Shown piece after piece: positions 48,364 through 60,486 of a stretch of DNA of 64,000 bases (position 1 is the stretch's first letter; each line of letters starts with the position of its first letter). Origin of the DNA: Nannocystis bainbridge (GTDB lineage Bacteria > Myxococcota_A > Polyangia > Nannocystales > Nannocystaceae). A model generated the notes under the pieces. It saw nothing but the letters and a program-made list of their open reading frames with translations. It was not told the origin of the DNA and did not search any database. The translations under genes and the position numbers were made by a program. Where the stretch lies: the NCBI RefSeq assembly GCF_028368995.1, contig NZ_JAQNDL010000002.1:1472001-1536000 (forward strand). Direction: 5' to 3'.

Positions 48364-50700
48364 TCAGCGGATCGGCAGCCAGAAACGGCTCATCGGCAGC
48401 CAGATCCGCTCCGCGCGGCCCTTTACGTTGCCGCGCGGCACATACGGCTGCGGGCGTTCGGCCGCCGGATCGACGAAGTTGCTGGCGTCGTGGGCCTTTT
48501 GGTACGCGCGCTTGGCCAGGTCGCGGGCGACCTCCGGCGTCGGGCACAGGCCCACGCTGCACTGCATCCGGATCACGACCTCCGTCGCGGGCACCGCAAA
48601 CGCGTACTGCGTGCCGTTGCCCGAAACCGCGTCGCCGGTGATCGCGCCGCTGGCCACGCTGTCGTCGACCTTGGCGTTCGGGATGTCGGCTTGCAGCGCG
48701 GCCAGCTTCTCCGCCAGGCCCTCGGTCGGCCGCAGCCACACCCACACCCCGAGGCTGTACGCCACGTCGCGGACCGTCGCGTCGAGGCGGATCCGGTCGT
48801 ACTCGTAGCGCTCGCTGACCGGAAGCTGCGGCATCTCCTTGTAGCCCGGGATGTCGCCCGGCGGCAGCAGCTCGGGCAAGCGCGTGCGATCCTTGCTGAC
48901 CGAAGGGACATGTCCTTCGACGCTGCGGACCAGCGCCAGCAGCTCACGGTCGCTCGCGCAGCGCTGGCGCCCGCACTCGAGGCTGAACGCGACCAGGCTC
49001 TTGGCGTCGGCGCGCACGTATGTGAATTTTTGCTCGTCCTCGACCAGCCAGCCGTCGTCGCCGGCCTCGTTGACGACCTGCCGGGCCAGCGAGCGCGAGC
49101 TGCCCGCGGCCGCCAGCGCCGTGTCGCGGACGAAATCGACGCTCTCGTCGGGCGCACGCCAGGCGCGTAGCCGGACCAGGCCCGCGGGGCTCGCCGGCTC
49201 GGCGCCGGTCTTGCTGTAGCGGCGCTCGAGGAACGTCTCGGCGGTGGCGCTGCGGCTGGTCCAGTGCTGCGAGTAACGGGCGGTGTTGTCGCCGTCGAGG
49301 ATCTGGCGCGCGTCCTGGCCGCGGTCACGGCCCCAGCGCTCGACCACCTCGGCGACCTTCTCGGCCACGCGACCGGGCGTGCGGCACACCGCGTTGCCGC
49401 AGCGCAGGCGCATCACCGCGTCGGGGTCGACGCGGAACACCGCGTCCTGGGCCACCTCGCCCGCGCTGAGCGTGATGGCCGGGATGTCGGCGCCGACCCG
49501 CAGCAGGCGCTCGCGCAGCTTGGCGTTGCCCTTGCTGCCGAGCCGCTCGTCGCCCTCGATCAGGGCCGCGAAGGTCGTCGCCCTCCCCTCGCCTGCCGTC
49601 AGCGCCTTGTACACCGCCTCGCTGCCGAGCACCGGCTGCCGCCAGATCTCGAGCTCGAGCCCGTGCGCGTCGCTGGCGTGGTCGGCGATGTAGAGGATGT
49701 GATCGAAGCTGGCGTCACCGCGGGCCGAGACGTCGTCGGGGCGCGTCAGCGAGAACAGCTTCTCGTCGGTCAGGTCGCGCAGGTCCTTGACGCTGAGCAA
49801 GCCGTCGGCCGCCACGGCCTCGACCTGGCGCGTCCACGCCAGGCTGTCGTGGCTCTCGTTGCGGTTGTCGCCCATGACCAGCAGGTGGCCCTCGGGCACC
49901 GTCCACTCGCCCACCCTGCGGGCGCCGGCGCGTGGGTCGAGGTTGGTCTTGTAGCGGACCACGTACGTGTGGCCGTCGAGCGTCTCCTCGAACAGCTCGC
50001 AGTGCGGGACCTGCTGCGTGCCGCTGTCGTCGCGGCACTTCTCGGGCAGCTTGTTTCGCTTCAGCTCCTCGAACTCGGCGTCGTCGCTGCGGCGGATGCT
50101 GACCTTGTTGCCGTCGACGCGGATGGTGTCGCCGGCCAGGCCGATGACGCGCTTGATGAAGTCTTCGGACTCGTCGATCGGGTAGCGGAAGACGACGACG
50201 TCGCCGCGCGCGATGTGACCCCAGCGCTCGCCGACGACGGTGGTCGTGAACGGGACCTGGATGCCGTAGATGAACTTGTTGACGAAGATGTGATCGCCGG
50301 CGACGAGCGTCGGCATCATGCTGCCGCTCGGGATCTTGAACGGCTCGTACAGGCACGAGCGCAGGCCCAGCGCCACGAGGACCGCGACGCCGACGTTCTC
50401 GATCGTCTCGCGCAGCGGGCTCTTGCGGGCGAAGCTGGCGTGCTGGTGCAGCAGCTCGTCGAGCCGCTCGGCCTCGTCCTCGGCCTGGTGCCACTGCTTG
50501 GCCTCGCGGTGGCGGGCCAGCGCGTCGACGCTGGCCCGGATCGCCTGCGCGGGCTCGGGCGCGATGCGCCCGCCGTACTTCTTGAGGATCCGGTTGGCTT
50601 CCTTGACCAAAAGCCCGGCGGCGGCCTTGACGCTACCGGTCGAGCGGCGCCCCTCGGGTTTGGCGGGGCGCGGCTCCTGCGCTTGCTGCGGCGTGGTCAC
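48364..50700 (-). CDS. lepB: Signal peptidase I with large internal insertion
   Basis: IPSGSMMPTL (Ser), RGDVVVF, FIKRVIG (Lys), GDNRNESHDS; lies downstream of lepA. Confidence 0.92.
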   Translation of the reverse strand: MTTPQQAQEPRPAKPEGRRSTGSVKAAAGLLVKEANRILKKYGGRIAPEPAQAIRASVDALARHREAKQWHQAEDEAERLDELLHQHASFARKSPLRETIENVGVAVLVALGLRSCLYEPFKIPSGSMMPTLVAGDHIFVNKFIYGIQVPFTTTVVGERWGHIARGDVVVFRYPIDESEDFIKRVIGLAGDTIRVDGNKVSIRRSDDAEFEELKRNKLPEKCRDDSGTQQVPHCELFEETLDGHTYVVRYKTNLDPRAGARRVGEWTVPEGHLLVMGDNRNESHDSLAWTRQVEAVAADGLLSVKDLRDLTDEKLFSLTRPDDVSARGDASFDHILYIADHASDAHGLELEIWRQPVLGSEAVYKALTAGEGRATTFAALIEGDERLGSKGNAKLRERLLRVGADIPAITLSAGEVAQDAVFRVDPDAVMRLRCGNAVCRTPGRVAEKVAEVVERWGRDRGQDARQILDGDNTARYSQHWTSRSATAETFLERRYSKTGAEPASPAGLVRLRAWRAPDESVDFVRDTALAAAGSSRSLARQVVNEAGDDGWLVEDEQKFTYVRADAKSLVAFSLECGRQRCASDRELLALVRSVEGHVPSVSKDRTRLPELLPPGDIPGYKEMPQLPVSERYEYDRIRLDATVRDVAYSLGVWVWLRPTEGLAEKLAALQADIPNAKVDDSVASGAITGDAVSGNGTQYAFAVPATEVVIRMQCSVGLCPTPEVARDLAKRAYQKAHDASNFVDPAAERPQPYVPRGNVKGRAERIWLPMSRFWLPIR

Positions 50701-50709
50701 GGAGACTCT

Positions 50710-52542
<1,833 letters not shown>

Positions 52543-52809
52543 GTCGGATGGCGGAGCGGTGAGCGGAGGTGCGGCGCGGAGGTCGTGGAGCGAAACCAGA
52601 GGCCGCGTCGGCTGCGGGAGTTCGGGGGCCGCGGAGCCGCGCGGAGGGCCCGGGAGCGCCGCGCGAGGAGAAAGGCGGTCGCCCGCGGCGATCGTCAGCC
52701 GCGGCTAGTAGCACAAGACGCGCCGCCGCGCCTGCGCCGGGGCCGCGGGAGGGGTCACATTTTGCCCTCGGCTTGCGAGAGGCGCCTGCCGTCCCCTAAA
52801 GTGTGTCCG

Positions 52810-53856
52810 GTGATCCCCGTCCTCGCTCGCCCGGCCGCGCTGCTCCTGCTCCTCGGGCTGGCCGGCTGTGCAGCCAAGGCCAAGGCCACCGCCGCCCCCA
52901 CCGCCGCGTCGACGCCCGACAACGAGCCGCCACACAAGATCGAGCCGATCCTGCCAGTGCGCCAGGTCGCGCTGATCCCGCTGGCGATCGACGGCCAGCA
53001 CTGCGACGCGACCGGCAAGCGTGTGCAACAGCAAGACTCGAACTACGACGGCCGCGCAGACATCGTCACGCTGATCGGCGGCCGCGCGCCCGACGAGGGC
53101 CGCACGCGCTGCCAGCAGGCCGACTTCAATTTCGACGGCCGCCTCGACGCGTTCCTCCACTTCGACGCGTCCGGCGAGCTGGTCCGCGAGCAGTACGACC
53201 AGGACTTCGACGGCCGCATCGACCTCGGTCGCCACTACGAAGCCGGCAAGCCGACGCTCGACGAGCAAGACACGGACTACGACGGCTACGTCGACGCCTG
53301 GCGCCGCTACGACAAGGGCCGCCTGGTCCGCATCGACGCCGACCGCGACCGCGACGGCAAGCCCGACGTGTTCACGTTCTTCGTCCAGGGCACGATCGAC
53401 CGCGTCGGCTACGACACCGACGGCGACGGCAACGTCGACGCGTGGGACCAGGACGTGGCCCGCCGGGCCAAGCTGGCGCTCGAGCGCCGACGCAAGGCCG
53501 ACCGCGAGCTCGGCAGCGAAGAATTCGTGGACGCGCCCAAGGCCGAAGAAACCAAGCCGGAGGCGGCAGCAGAGGCGGACAAGAAGGGCGCGAAGGGCAA
53601 AAAGTCCGAGGCGAGCAAGCCCGAGGCGAACGCGAAGAAGACCGAGGCGAGCAAGCCCGACGCGACCAAGCCGGCCGACGCGAAGCCGGCCGAGGCGAGC
53701 AAGCCCGAGACGAAGCCGAGCGAGGCGAGCAAGCCCGAGACGAAGCCGAGCGAGGCGAGCAAGCCCGCCGCGGGCGCGAAGGATGCCAAGGACGCGAAGC
53801 CGGCCGAGGCCGACAAGAAGCCGGCCGCGCCGACGACCTACAAGAAGCGCGGCTGA
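52810..53856 (+). CDS. Lipoprotein with DxDxDG repeats and Lys/Glu/Ala-rich tail
   Basis: LAGC lipobox; DSNYDG, DFNFDG, DQDFDG, DTDYDG, DRDRDG, DTDGDG; EASKPETKPS repeats. Confidence 0.82.
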   Translation: MIPVLARPAALLLLLGLAGCAAKAKATAAPTAASTPDNEPPHKIEPILPVRQVALIPLAIDGQHCDATGKRVQQQDSNYDGRADIVTLIGGRAPDEGRTRCQQADFNFDGRLDAFLHFDASGELVREQYDQDFDGRIDLGRHYEAGKPTLDEQDTDYDGYVDAWRRYDKGRLVRIDADRDRDGKPDVFTFFVQGTIDRVGYDTDGDGNVDAWDQDVARRAKLALERRRKADRELGSEEFVDAPKAEETKPEAAAEADKKGAKGKKSEASKPEANAKKTEASKPDATKPADAKPAEASKPETKPSEASKPETKPSEASKPAAGAKDAKDAKPAEADKKPAAPTTYKKRG

Positions 53857-53891
53857 GCACGCGCCGCCGCTGGACGCGTTCGAGCCGGTCC

Positions 53892-54185
53892 CTACGAACT
53901 TGCGGAAGGCGCCACCGTCACCTCGGTGCGGTCGAGCCAGAAGGCGTCGACGTGGTAGGTCTTGCGGTCCTCGGAGTAGACCGTATCACCGCCGGCGATG
54001 AAGACCATTCCCGGCTCGCTTGCGCAGTCCTGCGGCGTGGTCGGGGCCGGGGCCTCGCTCGGAGGCACCGCCGCTGCGGGGGCCGCCTGAGCCTGAGCCG
54101 GCGCGTCGGTCGCCCTCGGCGCCGACCCGCAGGCGAACGGCGTGATGAAAGAAAGCGTTAGATATACGGCCTGTCGCATCGTCAT
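53892..54185 (-). pseudogene. Truncated FGE-sulfatase/SUMF1-like lipoprotein
   Basis: PFAC lipobox, PGMVFIAGG...VDAFWLDRTEVTV, then an early stop. Confidence 0.7.
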
Positions 54186-54489
54186 GAGCGTCGCAGCGCG
54201 GAGGCTTCCTTGATGTGTTTGATGACGGTCTCGTTGCTGGACTTGAGGTCGCCGACGACGTCGAGGAGGTCGACGAGCGAGCTGAACGCCTGCTCCCCTT
54301 TCTCAGCTAGCGGATGCGCACGTGCAGCCATGAACATGGGAGCTGCGACCGCGCTTCCACGTGCGCATGCACGGCGGCGACCAGAGCGGCCTTGTCCGTG
54401 CCTGCGGCCTTGGCCACCGCCTCGGCGGCGGCGGCGATCGTGGTCTTGCCGTTCATCTTGCGCGGCACTTCCGCCACGTTCGGATCCAC
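54182..54489 (-). pseudogene. Frameshifted gene fragment coupled to the FGE-like gene
   Basis: Two protein-like partial frames (54307-54489 and the 3' part of 54182-54547); ATGA overlap with the next gene. Confidence 0.35.
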
Positions 54490-54602
54490 CGGGCCCGGTT
54501 CCTCGCGGAAGAGTCTCCGATATCGTCGTCTCTGCGCCGATCAGCACAGGGCAGATCGCCCTCCATTTGGGGGGCGCTGCTCACCGTGATACACATGACC
54601 GC

Positions 54603-55220
54603 ATGGCACGCCAGAGATCTCTGATGGTCATCGCCGCCGTCGCCGCCCTCTTGGCGCTCCCCCCGTCACGCGGCGACGCTTGCGAAAACGCCGTGCTAGC
54701 GACGGACAAGAGCGTCGCCTCCGTGAAGGAGGCCGAGGTGATCCTCAACGGCGGCGACCCGAAGGAGGCGCGCCGCAGGATCCAGGAGATCCTCGGGGGC
54801 GCGGATGAGTTCGACGAACGGACGCCGAGCGCCAAGGGCCTCACCAAGCGTGCCAAACGCATCATCGCGCTCGCTGACGTCCGGCTCGACGACCTCCGGA
54901 GCGAACACCGCAAGGTCTTCCTCGACAACGCCGTCTCGGTGCTCTCGTGGCTCGCCGCCGACAGCCCGAGCGACGCTGCCAAGAAGGCCGACCTCGCCGA
55001 GGCGCTCGCCAAGACCAACGCCGGCAAGGCCAAGAAGATCCTCGAGGACCTCGCCAAGCACGATGTCGTTGCGACCCCCTACGCCTACGCCGCCCTCGCC
55101 CGTCTGCGCGCCTCGGACGGCGACGAGAAGGGCCGCGACGAGGCGATGGCCAGGTGCAAGCAGATGGCGAAGCCCGAGAAGGTCAGGTCGATCTGCAAGC
55201 TCACGCAGGGGGCGCGCTAG
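54603..55220 (+). CDS. Hypothetical exported helical protein
   Basis: Signal peptide ending GDAC, TPR-like helices. Confidence 0.7.
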   Translation: MARQRSLMVIAAVAALLALPPSRGDACENAVLATDKSVASVKEAEVILNGGDPKEARRRIQEILGGADEFDERTPSAKGLTKRAKRIIALADVRLDDLRSEHRKVFLDNAVSVLSWLAADSPSDAAKKADLAEALAKTNAGKAKKILEDLAKHDVVATPYAYAALARLRASDGDEKGRDEAMARCKQMAKPEKVRSICKLTQGAR

Positions 55221-55246
55221 CGCCTGCCCCACCACCCCCTGGACCT

Positions 55247-56272
55247 TCAACCGTCTCGCCGCAGCACCACCCCCTGGAAGTACAGCGGCACCGGATCGGT
55301 CGGGTTCGGACAGTCGCCGGCCATCTGGTGGAGGTCGTGGTGGCGGCGGGCGTAGTTCACGATCGCCCGGTAATCGCCGACATCGGCGCGGGTCCGATCC
55401 GGCACCAGGACCACGTCCCCCGCTTCGGCGAACTCGAGCAGCAGGCGCTCGTACGAGTCGTTGTCGTGGCAGTCGACCGGCACGCCGCAGCTGTCCTCGT
55501 TGAAGCTGATCGAGATCGGCGCCAGGAAATCGGGCAGCCCGGCGGGCAGCGCCGTGTCGGCCTCGTGGGCGGCGAGCAGCAACGGTGGGTCGAGGGTCTC
55601 GTCGCGCAGCGCCAGCCACTGATTGGTCCAGAAGATCCCGCCCCGGGCCAGCCAGTCGAGTTCCAGCGCCTGTCCTGGCTGCAGCGACAGGGTGAACTCG
55701 GCCGGCGCGACCGCGACCTCGACGATCGCCGTACGGTCGCCGCAGTCGAGCGAAATTTCGAAAAGGTCGGGCTGCGTGACCTCGACGACCGTGCACACGC
55801 CGGTGAATTTCTGCTCGTTGCCCTCGATCTCGGGCCACACGTCGAACAGCACCCGCGCGTAGTCTTCGGGCCCGGCTTGGCCGTCGGTGCATACCGGATC
55901 TGGCCCGCCCGTGCTCGCGGTCTCGCCGGTCTCGCCGGTCTCCACGGCGGTCGTCTCGCCCGGGCCGGTCGTGGTGCCTTCCGTCGTCGTGGTCGTCGCG
56001 GTGGCCTCCGTGGTCTCCGTGGTCTCGCTGTCGGCCGTCGAAGCCTCGCTGGTACCCGTCGGCCCGTTCGCGGTGGTCGTCAGCGCTGGCTCGTCGCCGG
56101 TGACGCTCGAGCTCATGGTCGCGGTATCCGGGGTCGTGTCCGTCCCCGTGCCCGACTCCGGCCCCGGGTTCGAATCGGTGTACTGCCCCAGGTCGCCCTG
56201 CAGTGGACAGCCCGTGGCTCCCACGAGCGAGGTGATGAGGACGACATGGAACGGGAGCTCCGGAGCGCGCAT
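55247..56272 (-). CDS. Hypothetical lipoprotein with Thr-rich linker
   Basis: ATGC lipobox, T/G/E-rich linker, Cys-containing domain. Confidence 0.75.
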   Translation of the reverse strand: MRAPELPFHVVLITSLVGATGCPLQGDLGQYTDSNPGPESGTGTDTTPDTATMSSSVTGDEPALTTTANGPTGTSEASTADSETTETTEATATTTTTEGTTTGPGETTAVETGETGETASTGGPDPVCTDGQAGPEDYARVLFDVWPEIEGNEQKFTGVCTVVEVTQPDLFEISLDCGDRTAIVEVAVAPAEFTLSLQPGQALELDWLARGGIFWTNQWLALRDETLDPPLLLAAHEADTALPAGLPDFLAPISISFNEDSCGVPVDCHDNDSYERLLLEFAEAGDVVLVPDRTRADVGDYRAIVNYARRHHDLHQMAGDCPNPTDPVPLYFQGVVLRRDG

Positions 56273-56322
56273 GGATGGCATCGAACGGTACTTTCCCGGT
56301 CGCCGCGATTTCCGTGACGGAC

Positions 56323-56455
56323 CCTCGCGCGCGCCCGAGAGTTTTTTTGGGCGCGCCCCGAAGGTCAGCTCGAGCGACGCGGCCCGGAGATCCTCGCGAG
56401 CGCCCGAGAGTTTTTGGGGCGCGCCCCGGAGGTCAGCTCGAACGACGCGGCCCGG
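56323..56455. repeat. Tandem duplication, 2 x ~65 bp (69-bp period)
   Basis: CCTCGCG.GCGCCCGAGAG-polyT-GGGCGCGCCCCG.AGGTCAGCTCGA.CGACGCGGCCCGG at 56323 and 56392. Confidence 0.85.
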
Positions 56456-57047
56456 TGCACCCCGGTGACGCGGAGCCGACCTCTCCTGGCGACGAAGCGG
56501 TGCGAATGCCCGTGAGCGCGAGGCGCAGCAGCCGGCTCGTGGTGGCCGGATCGTTCTCGGTGGCGACGGCCACCGCGTTCGCCAGGACCATCAGGTCTCG
56601 CGACGTGGCGCCCGCTTGCAGCGCGCCCGCCGACGACGCCCGGGCTACCAGGACTTCCAGCACGCCGAGCAGCATGTCGGTGCAGCAGACCTCTTCGGTC
56701 GACAGACCGTCCGGGCCGGCCAGCAGCGCCGTGGCCAGCCCGCGATGGGTCGCTGCGTAGACCGTCATCTCCTCGAGCCACGCGGCCAACTCGGCGCCCG
56801 GGTCCTCCCCCGGCTGCGCCGCTGCGCGCTCGCACAGCTGCGCGACGCCGGCGCGGAAGACCGCCTCCAGCAGCGCTTGCCGCGACGAGAAATGCCGGTG
56901 CAGCGTCGCCGAGCCGACCCCTGCCCGCTGCGCGACCTCCTCCAGCGACGCCTGGGCGCCGTCCCGGGCGACCAGCTCCGCGGCGGCCGCGACGATGCGC
57001 TCCCGGTTGCGTTGCCCGTCAGCTCGCAGTTTTTTAGCGCGCTCCAT
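56433..57047 (-). CDS. TetR/AcrR-family regulator
   Basis: LRADGQRNRERIVAAA...SLEEVAQRAGVGSATLHRHF. Confidence 0.93.
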   Translation of the reverse strand: MERAKKLRADGQRNRERIVAAAAELVARDGAQASLEEVAQRAGVGSATLHRHFSSRQALLEAVFRAGVAQLCERAAAQPGEDPGAELAAWLEEMTVYAATHRGLATALLAGPDGLSTEEVCCTDMLLGVLEVLVARASSAGALQAGATSRDLMVLANAVAVATENDPATTSRLLRLALTGIRTASSPGEVGSASPGCTGPRRSS

Positions 57048-57065
57048 GGGCGATTTTGCTCCTCG

Positions 57066-57127
57066 ACAAACGGGGTGGCACCCCATATCTTGCCTGCGAG
57101 GCATAAACGGTGGGCAACCCCATTTGT
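57066..57127. promoter_or_regulatory. Two probable TetR operators
   Basis: AAACGGGGTGGCACCCCATAT and AAACGGTGGGCAACCCCATTT, related imperfect palindromes between divergent genes. Confidence 0.65.
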
Positions 57128-57142
57128 GAACAGGAGCATAGC

Positions 57143-58057
57143 ATGAGCAGCAACAAGCCCGTTCTCGTCACCGCCGCCACGGGGCGCCAGGGCGGCGCCA
57201 CCGCCAGGGCGCTGCTGGCCGAAGGCGGAACCTTGGTTCGTGTGATGGTGCGCAACCCGGATGCGCCGAACGCGAGGGCCCTCGCGGCTGCTGGCGCCGA
57301 GGTGGTCGTCGGCGACCTCGACGACCCGGCGTCTCTGCGCGCCGCCTGCGTCGGGGCCCGGGCCGTGTTCTCGATGCAGTCGCCGATCATGACCGCGAGC
57401 GGCGTCGACTTCAGCAAGGAGCGCGCGCAGGGGCGCAACCTCGTCGAGGCCGCGCTGGCCGAGGGCGTCGGGACGATCGTGCACACCGCCACGTCGGGCG
57501 TCGGCGACCACCGCGACGTCGAGGGTTGGGCCGAGGGTCGGTGGAAGGACCGCGAGGAGTACTGGGAGAACAAGCTCGCCACCTGCGAGCTCGTGCGCAA
57601 CGCGGGCTTCGAGCACTGGACCATCCTTCTGCCTGCCACCTTCATGGACCATCCCATGCTCGATCCGGCCGGGTTCGCCGACGGGCATCGCCTGGTCACC
57701 GTGTTCAAGCCCGACCTGCCCATGGGGCTGATCGCCCCGGAGGACATCGGCAAGGCGGCGGCGGCGGCGATCCTCGACCCGGCCAGGTTCGACGGTGTCA
57801 CGCTGCAACTCGCCGGCGACCTGCTCACGCTGCCACAGATCGCCGAGGTCCTGTCGCGCGTCGACGGCAAGCAGTACGTGGTGGAGTCGGGCACGGTCGA
57901 GGAGGCGGTCGCGGCCGGTCTGCATCCCGCCGTCGCGGGAGGACTGATGTACATGAACGTCGCCCCGGTGCTGGCACGGCCGGAGATCGCCCGCTCCTTC
58001 GGCCTCTCGCTGATGAGCTTCGAGACGTGGGCCCGTCAGCAGCGCGGCATGGCCTGA
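57143..58057 (+). CDS. NmrA-family NAD(P)-binding protein
   Basis: VLVTAATGRQGGATA, GDLDDPASL, EDIGKAAA. Confidence 0.92.
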   Translation: MSSNKPVLVTAATGRQGGATARALLAEGGTLVRVMVRNPDAPNARALAAAGAEVVVGDLDDPASLRAACVGARAVFSMQSPIMTASGVDFSKERAQGRNLVEAALAEGVGTIVHTATSGVGDHRDVEGWAEGRWKDREEYWENKLATCELVRNAGFEHWTILLPATFMDHPMLDPAGFADGHRLVTVFKPDLPMGLIAPEDIGKAAAAAILDPARFDGVTLQLAGDLLTLPQIAEVLSRVDGKQYVVESGTVEEAVAAGLHPAVAGGLMYMNVAPVLARPEIARSFGLSLMSFETWARQQRGMA

Positions 58058-58266
58058 TCGTCGTCCGCGACGATTGATTCGGTCGACCGGGTTCGCGTCG
58101 GCTCACGACCCGCGGGTTCTCCCGCGACCGCATGCCAGGCCTCTCCGCCATCCTGGCGACTGACGGGCCGCGGGTCTCGGTGGTTCGGGCCGCGGATTCG
58201 TGATGCCCCGAGCCCTGGCCCGGGCCTCGTCCCCTCTCCCATCCGACTTCGTTATGCTCGAACGCC

Positions 58267-58731
58267 ATGGGTAGCGACTACCAGCGCATCAAGATCACCG
58301 AGGTCCGCGAGGGCCTCGTCGTCCTCGAGGTCACCGAGTGTCACCCCGACATGGCGGCCATCGATCGGCTGTTGATCGGCAGCCCTCGCGCGGGCGATCC
58401 GGCCCCGCGGACCGAGCTTGCGATCTCGACGAGCATGGGCTCGCGCGCCCGCACCTTCGCCGCCCAGCTGCTCACGGAGTACGGCGACAGCGACCTCAAG
58501 GCCGCCGCGGAGCGCCAGGCGGACGAGGACGACGGCCTCCAGGCCGACGCGTTCGTCGCCGACGTCGCCGTTCGTGCCCTCGAGCCGCTCGTTCGCGCCA
58601 ACGAGGCCGCCTGGCTGTACCGCGCGACGCTGGCGATCGAGCTGCGAGACCCGGCGCTGTCTCGCGGCTTCGTGGTCGGCGAACAGTACGTCGCCCGCGC
58701 CTGCCCCAACGGCGAATGGTACCTCGATTGA
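58267..58731 (+). CDS. Hypothetical protein
   Basis: 154-aa ORF with balanced composition and GC3 bias. Confidence 0.6.
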   Translation: MGSDYQRIKITEVREGLVVLEVTECHPDMAAIDRLLIGSPRAGDPAPRTELAISTSMGSRARTFAAQLLTEYGDSDLKAAAERQADEDDGLQADAFVADVAVRALEPLVRANEAAWLYRATLAIELRDPALSRGFVVGEQYVARACPNGEWYLD

Positions 58732-59947
58732 GCGCGCTTCGATTCGCGGTACTGTCATTCGCCTATTGCGAGTAGCGCGATGGGATCACGCGGACGGTCG
58801 CCATGACGGTTGCGGACGAGCTCGCTTGCATCATCGCGTCTGCAGCGGGTCGCACAAGTCACCGCGCCCAGACGCGCACAATCGATTCGTGTCCGCCTAC
58901 GTACCGGACGCATCGCCACGGGGCGTGCACGCTAGGTCACCGGGCTGGTCGGGTCGTTCGCCGACCGCGGGCACTGGGCGCTGTCGTAGGGATGGTCGCG
59001 CAGGACGATGCTGCGCACTGGCCCGCTCCGGTCGTCCTCGACGACCTCGTCCCACGAGAAGAACACGCGCTCGGGCTGCGGACGCCGCGGCACGACCAGC
59101 GCGCCCCAGCGCGACAGCGTCGGCAGCGGCTCTTCCGTCGCTTGCGGGGCCAGGACGACGGCGATGCCGGTCGGGTCCTCCGAGGCGACGACGCCGCGGC
59201 GGAGCGCTTCACGGCCCTTGTAGATGTTGACGGGTGCTCCAATGGACTGCATGGGGGTGCCGCCTGGAAGTTAGGTCTTCCACACGCGAGGGGGCCCCGA
59301 GGCAGGCTCGGCGCGCCACAGTCGCATGTCAGTGATAGCCCATCGTCGAGCATCGTCCAGCCGACTTTGTTCAGACCGGCCATCGGCTCGCTGGACCGTA
59401 TCCTGGCGGGGCGCGTCCACCCGAGCCTGCTTGCAGCCGCGGTAGCGCCGCCCGGAACTGATTCCAAACCGACAACGCGGGGCGCTGGTGGCAGTATCCG
59501 ACACTGCGAATCGCGGACAGGTGTCTGGTCGTCCTCGCTTCGCGCTGGACCGGGTTTGGTTTCACGGGCAGGCACGAAATCGTCGAATTCACCGGAAGGC
59601 GCGCCACGGGGCCTTGAGAGCCGGTTTCGCGGTCCTTCTCCTGCCCTTGCATGGCGCGGTGGCACGAGCGCAATTCGGACATCTGTCCGAGAAGCTCTTT
59701 GAGGCACCCGGTATGGTCATACCCGTCCGCCCCCATTCGTCGGACCTGACGCAAAGTACGACCACGCCCTGCCCCCCGGCGACGAACCTGGAGCGACGCC
59801 GATACTGCGTTGCAGGACGACGCTCGGACCGGCGACCGGCACGTGCTCGAGGCGGCGCCTGACCCATCGGCGGCGTACCCCTGCGGGCCGTGACGCGCTC
59901 GCGCGCATCGGTTGGCCCGGCGGCGCAGGACATGGGACCATCACGGC

Positions 59948-60442
59948 GTGAGGCGGCACGGGGCGAATCGTTGGCTGCTCGGTCTCGGCGCGCTCGCGCT
60001 GCACTCGATGGCGTGCGCGGGCGAGGTGGCGCAGGCCGAGGAGGCGCGACGAACGATCGCCGTGCCGCAGTTGCAGGCGCAGCTCGAGGTGCCGGCGTCG
60101 GCGCTCGTCGAGGTGCGCGGGCGCTGGGTGCGGGTGGTGATCGGGCCAGGACGACGTGCGCCGGAGCTGCTCGAGTTCGGGGGGCCTGGGCCGAAGCGAG
60201 ATCGGGGCCTGGCGCTCGCGGGCGACCCCGGGGTGCGCCTCGACGCCGCGCTCGGCAAGGCCGTGTTGCGGGGCCGCATCGAGCACCGCGACGGCGGCAG
60301 CGGCGGGCCGGAGGCAGCATTGACGGGGCAGATCGCGGTCGGCCCTCACGAGGTCGAGGTGTTCTGCAGCGCGCAGGACGAGGACCATCCGTCGCTGCGC
60401 TGGTGCCTGCGCTTGCTGCAGACGCTGCGGCCGCTGGGATGA
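59948..60442 (+). CDS. Hypothetical lipoprotein
   Basis: WLLGLGALALHSMAC signal, GGSGGPEA motif, C-terminal Cys pair. Confidence 0.6.
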   Translation: MRRHGANRWLLGLGALALHSMACAGEVAQAEEARRTIAVPQLQAQLEVPASALVEVRGRWVRVVIGPGRRAPELLEFGGPGPKRDRGLALAGDPGVRLDAALGKAVLRGRIEHRDGGSGGPEAALTGQIAVGPHEVEVFCSAQDEDHPSLRWCLRLLQTLRPLG

Positions 60443-60486
60443 GCCCGGCTCGAGCCTCACCTCACGCGGGGTAGGATGACGACCTG

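Noticed and set aside
48445-49833. Intein in LepB
   Set aside because: No terminal His-Asn, no recognisable intein N-terminal block, no LAGLIDADG motifs
53580-53830. DNA tandem repeats at the end of the DxDxDG lipoprotein
   Set aside because: Codon-multiple repeats encoding an ordinary EASKP low-complexity tail
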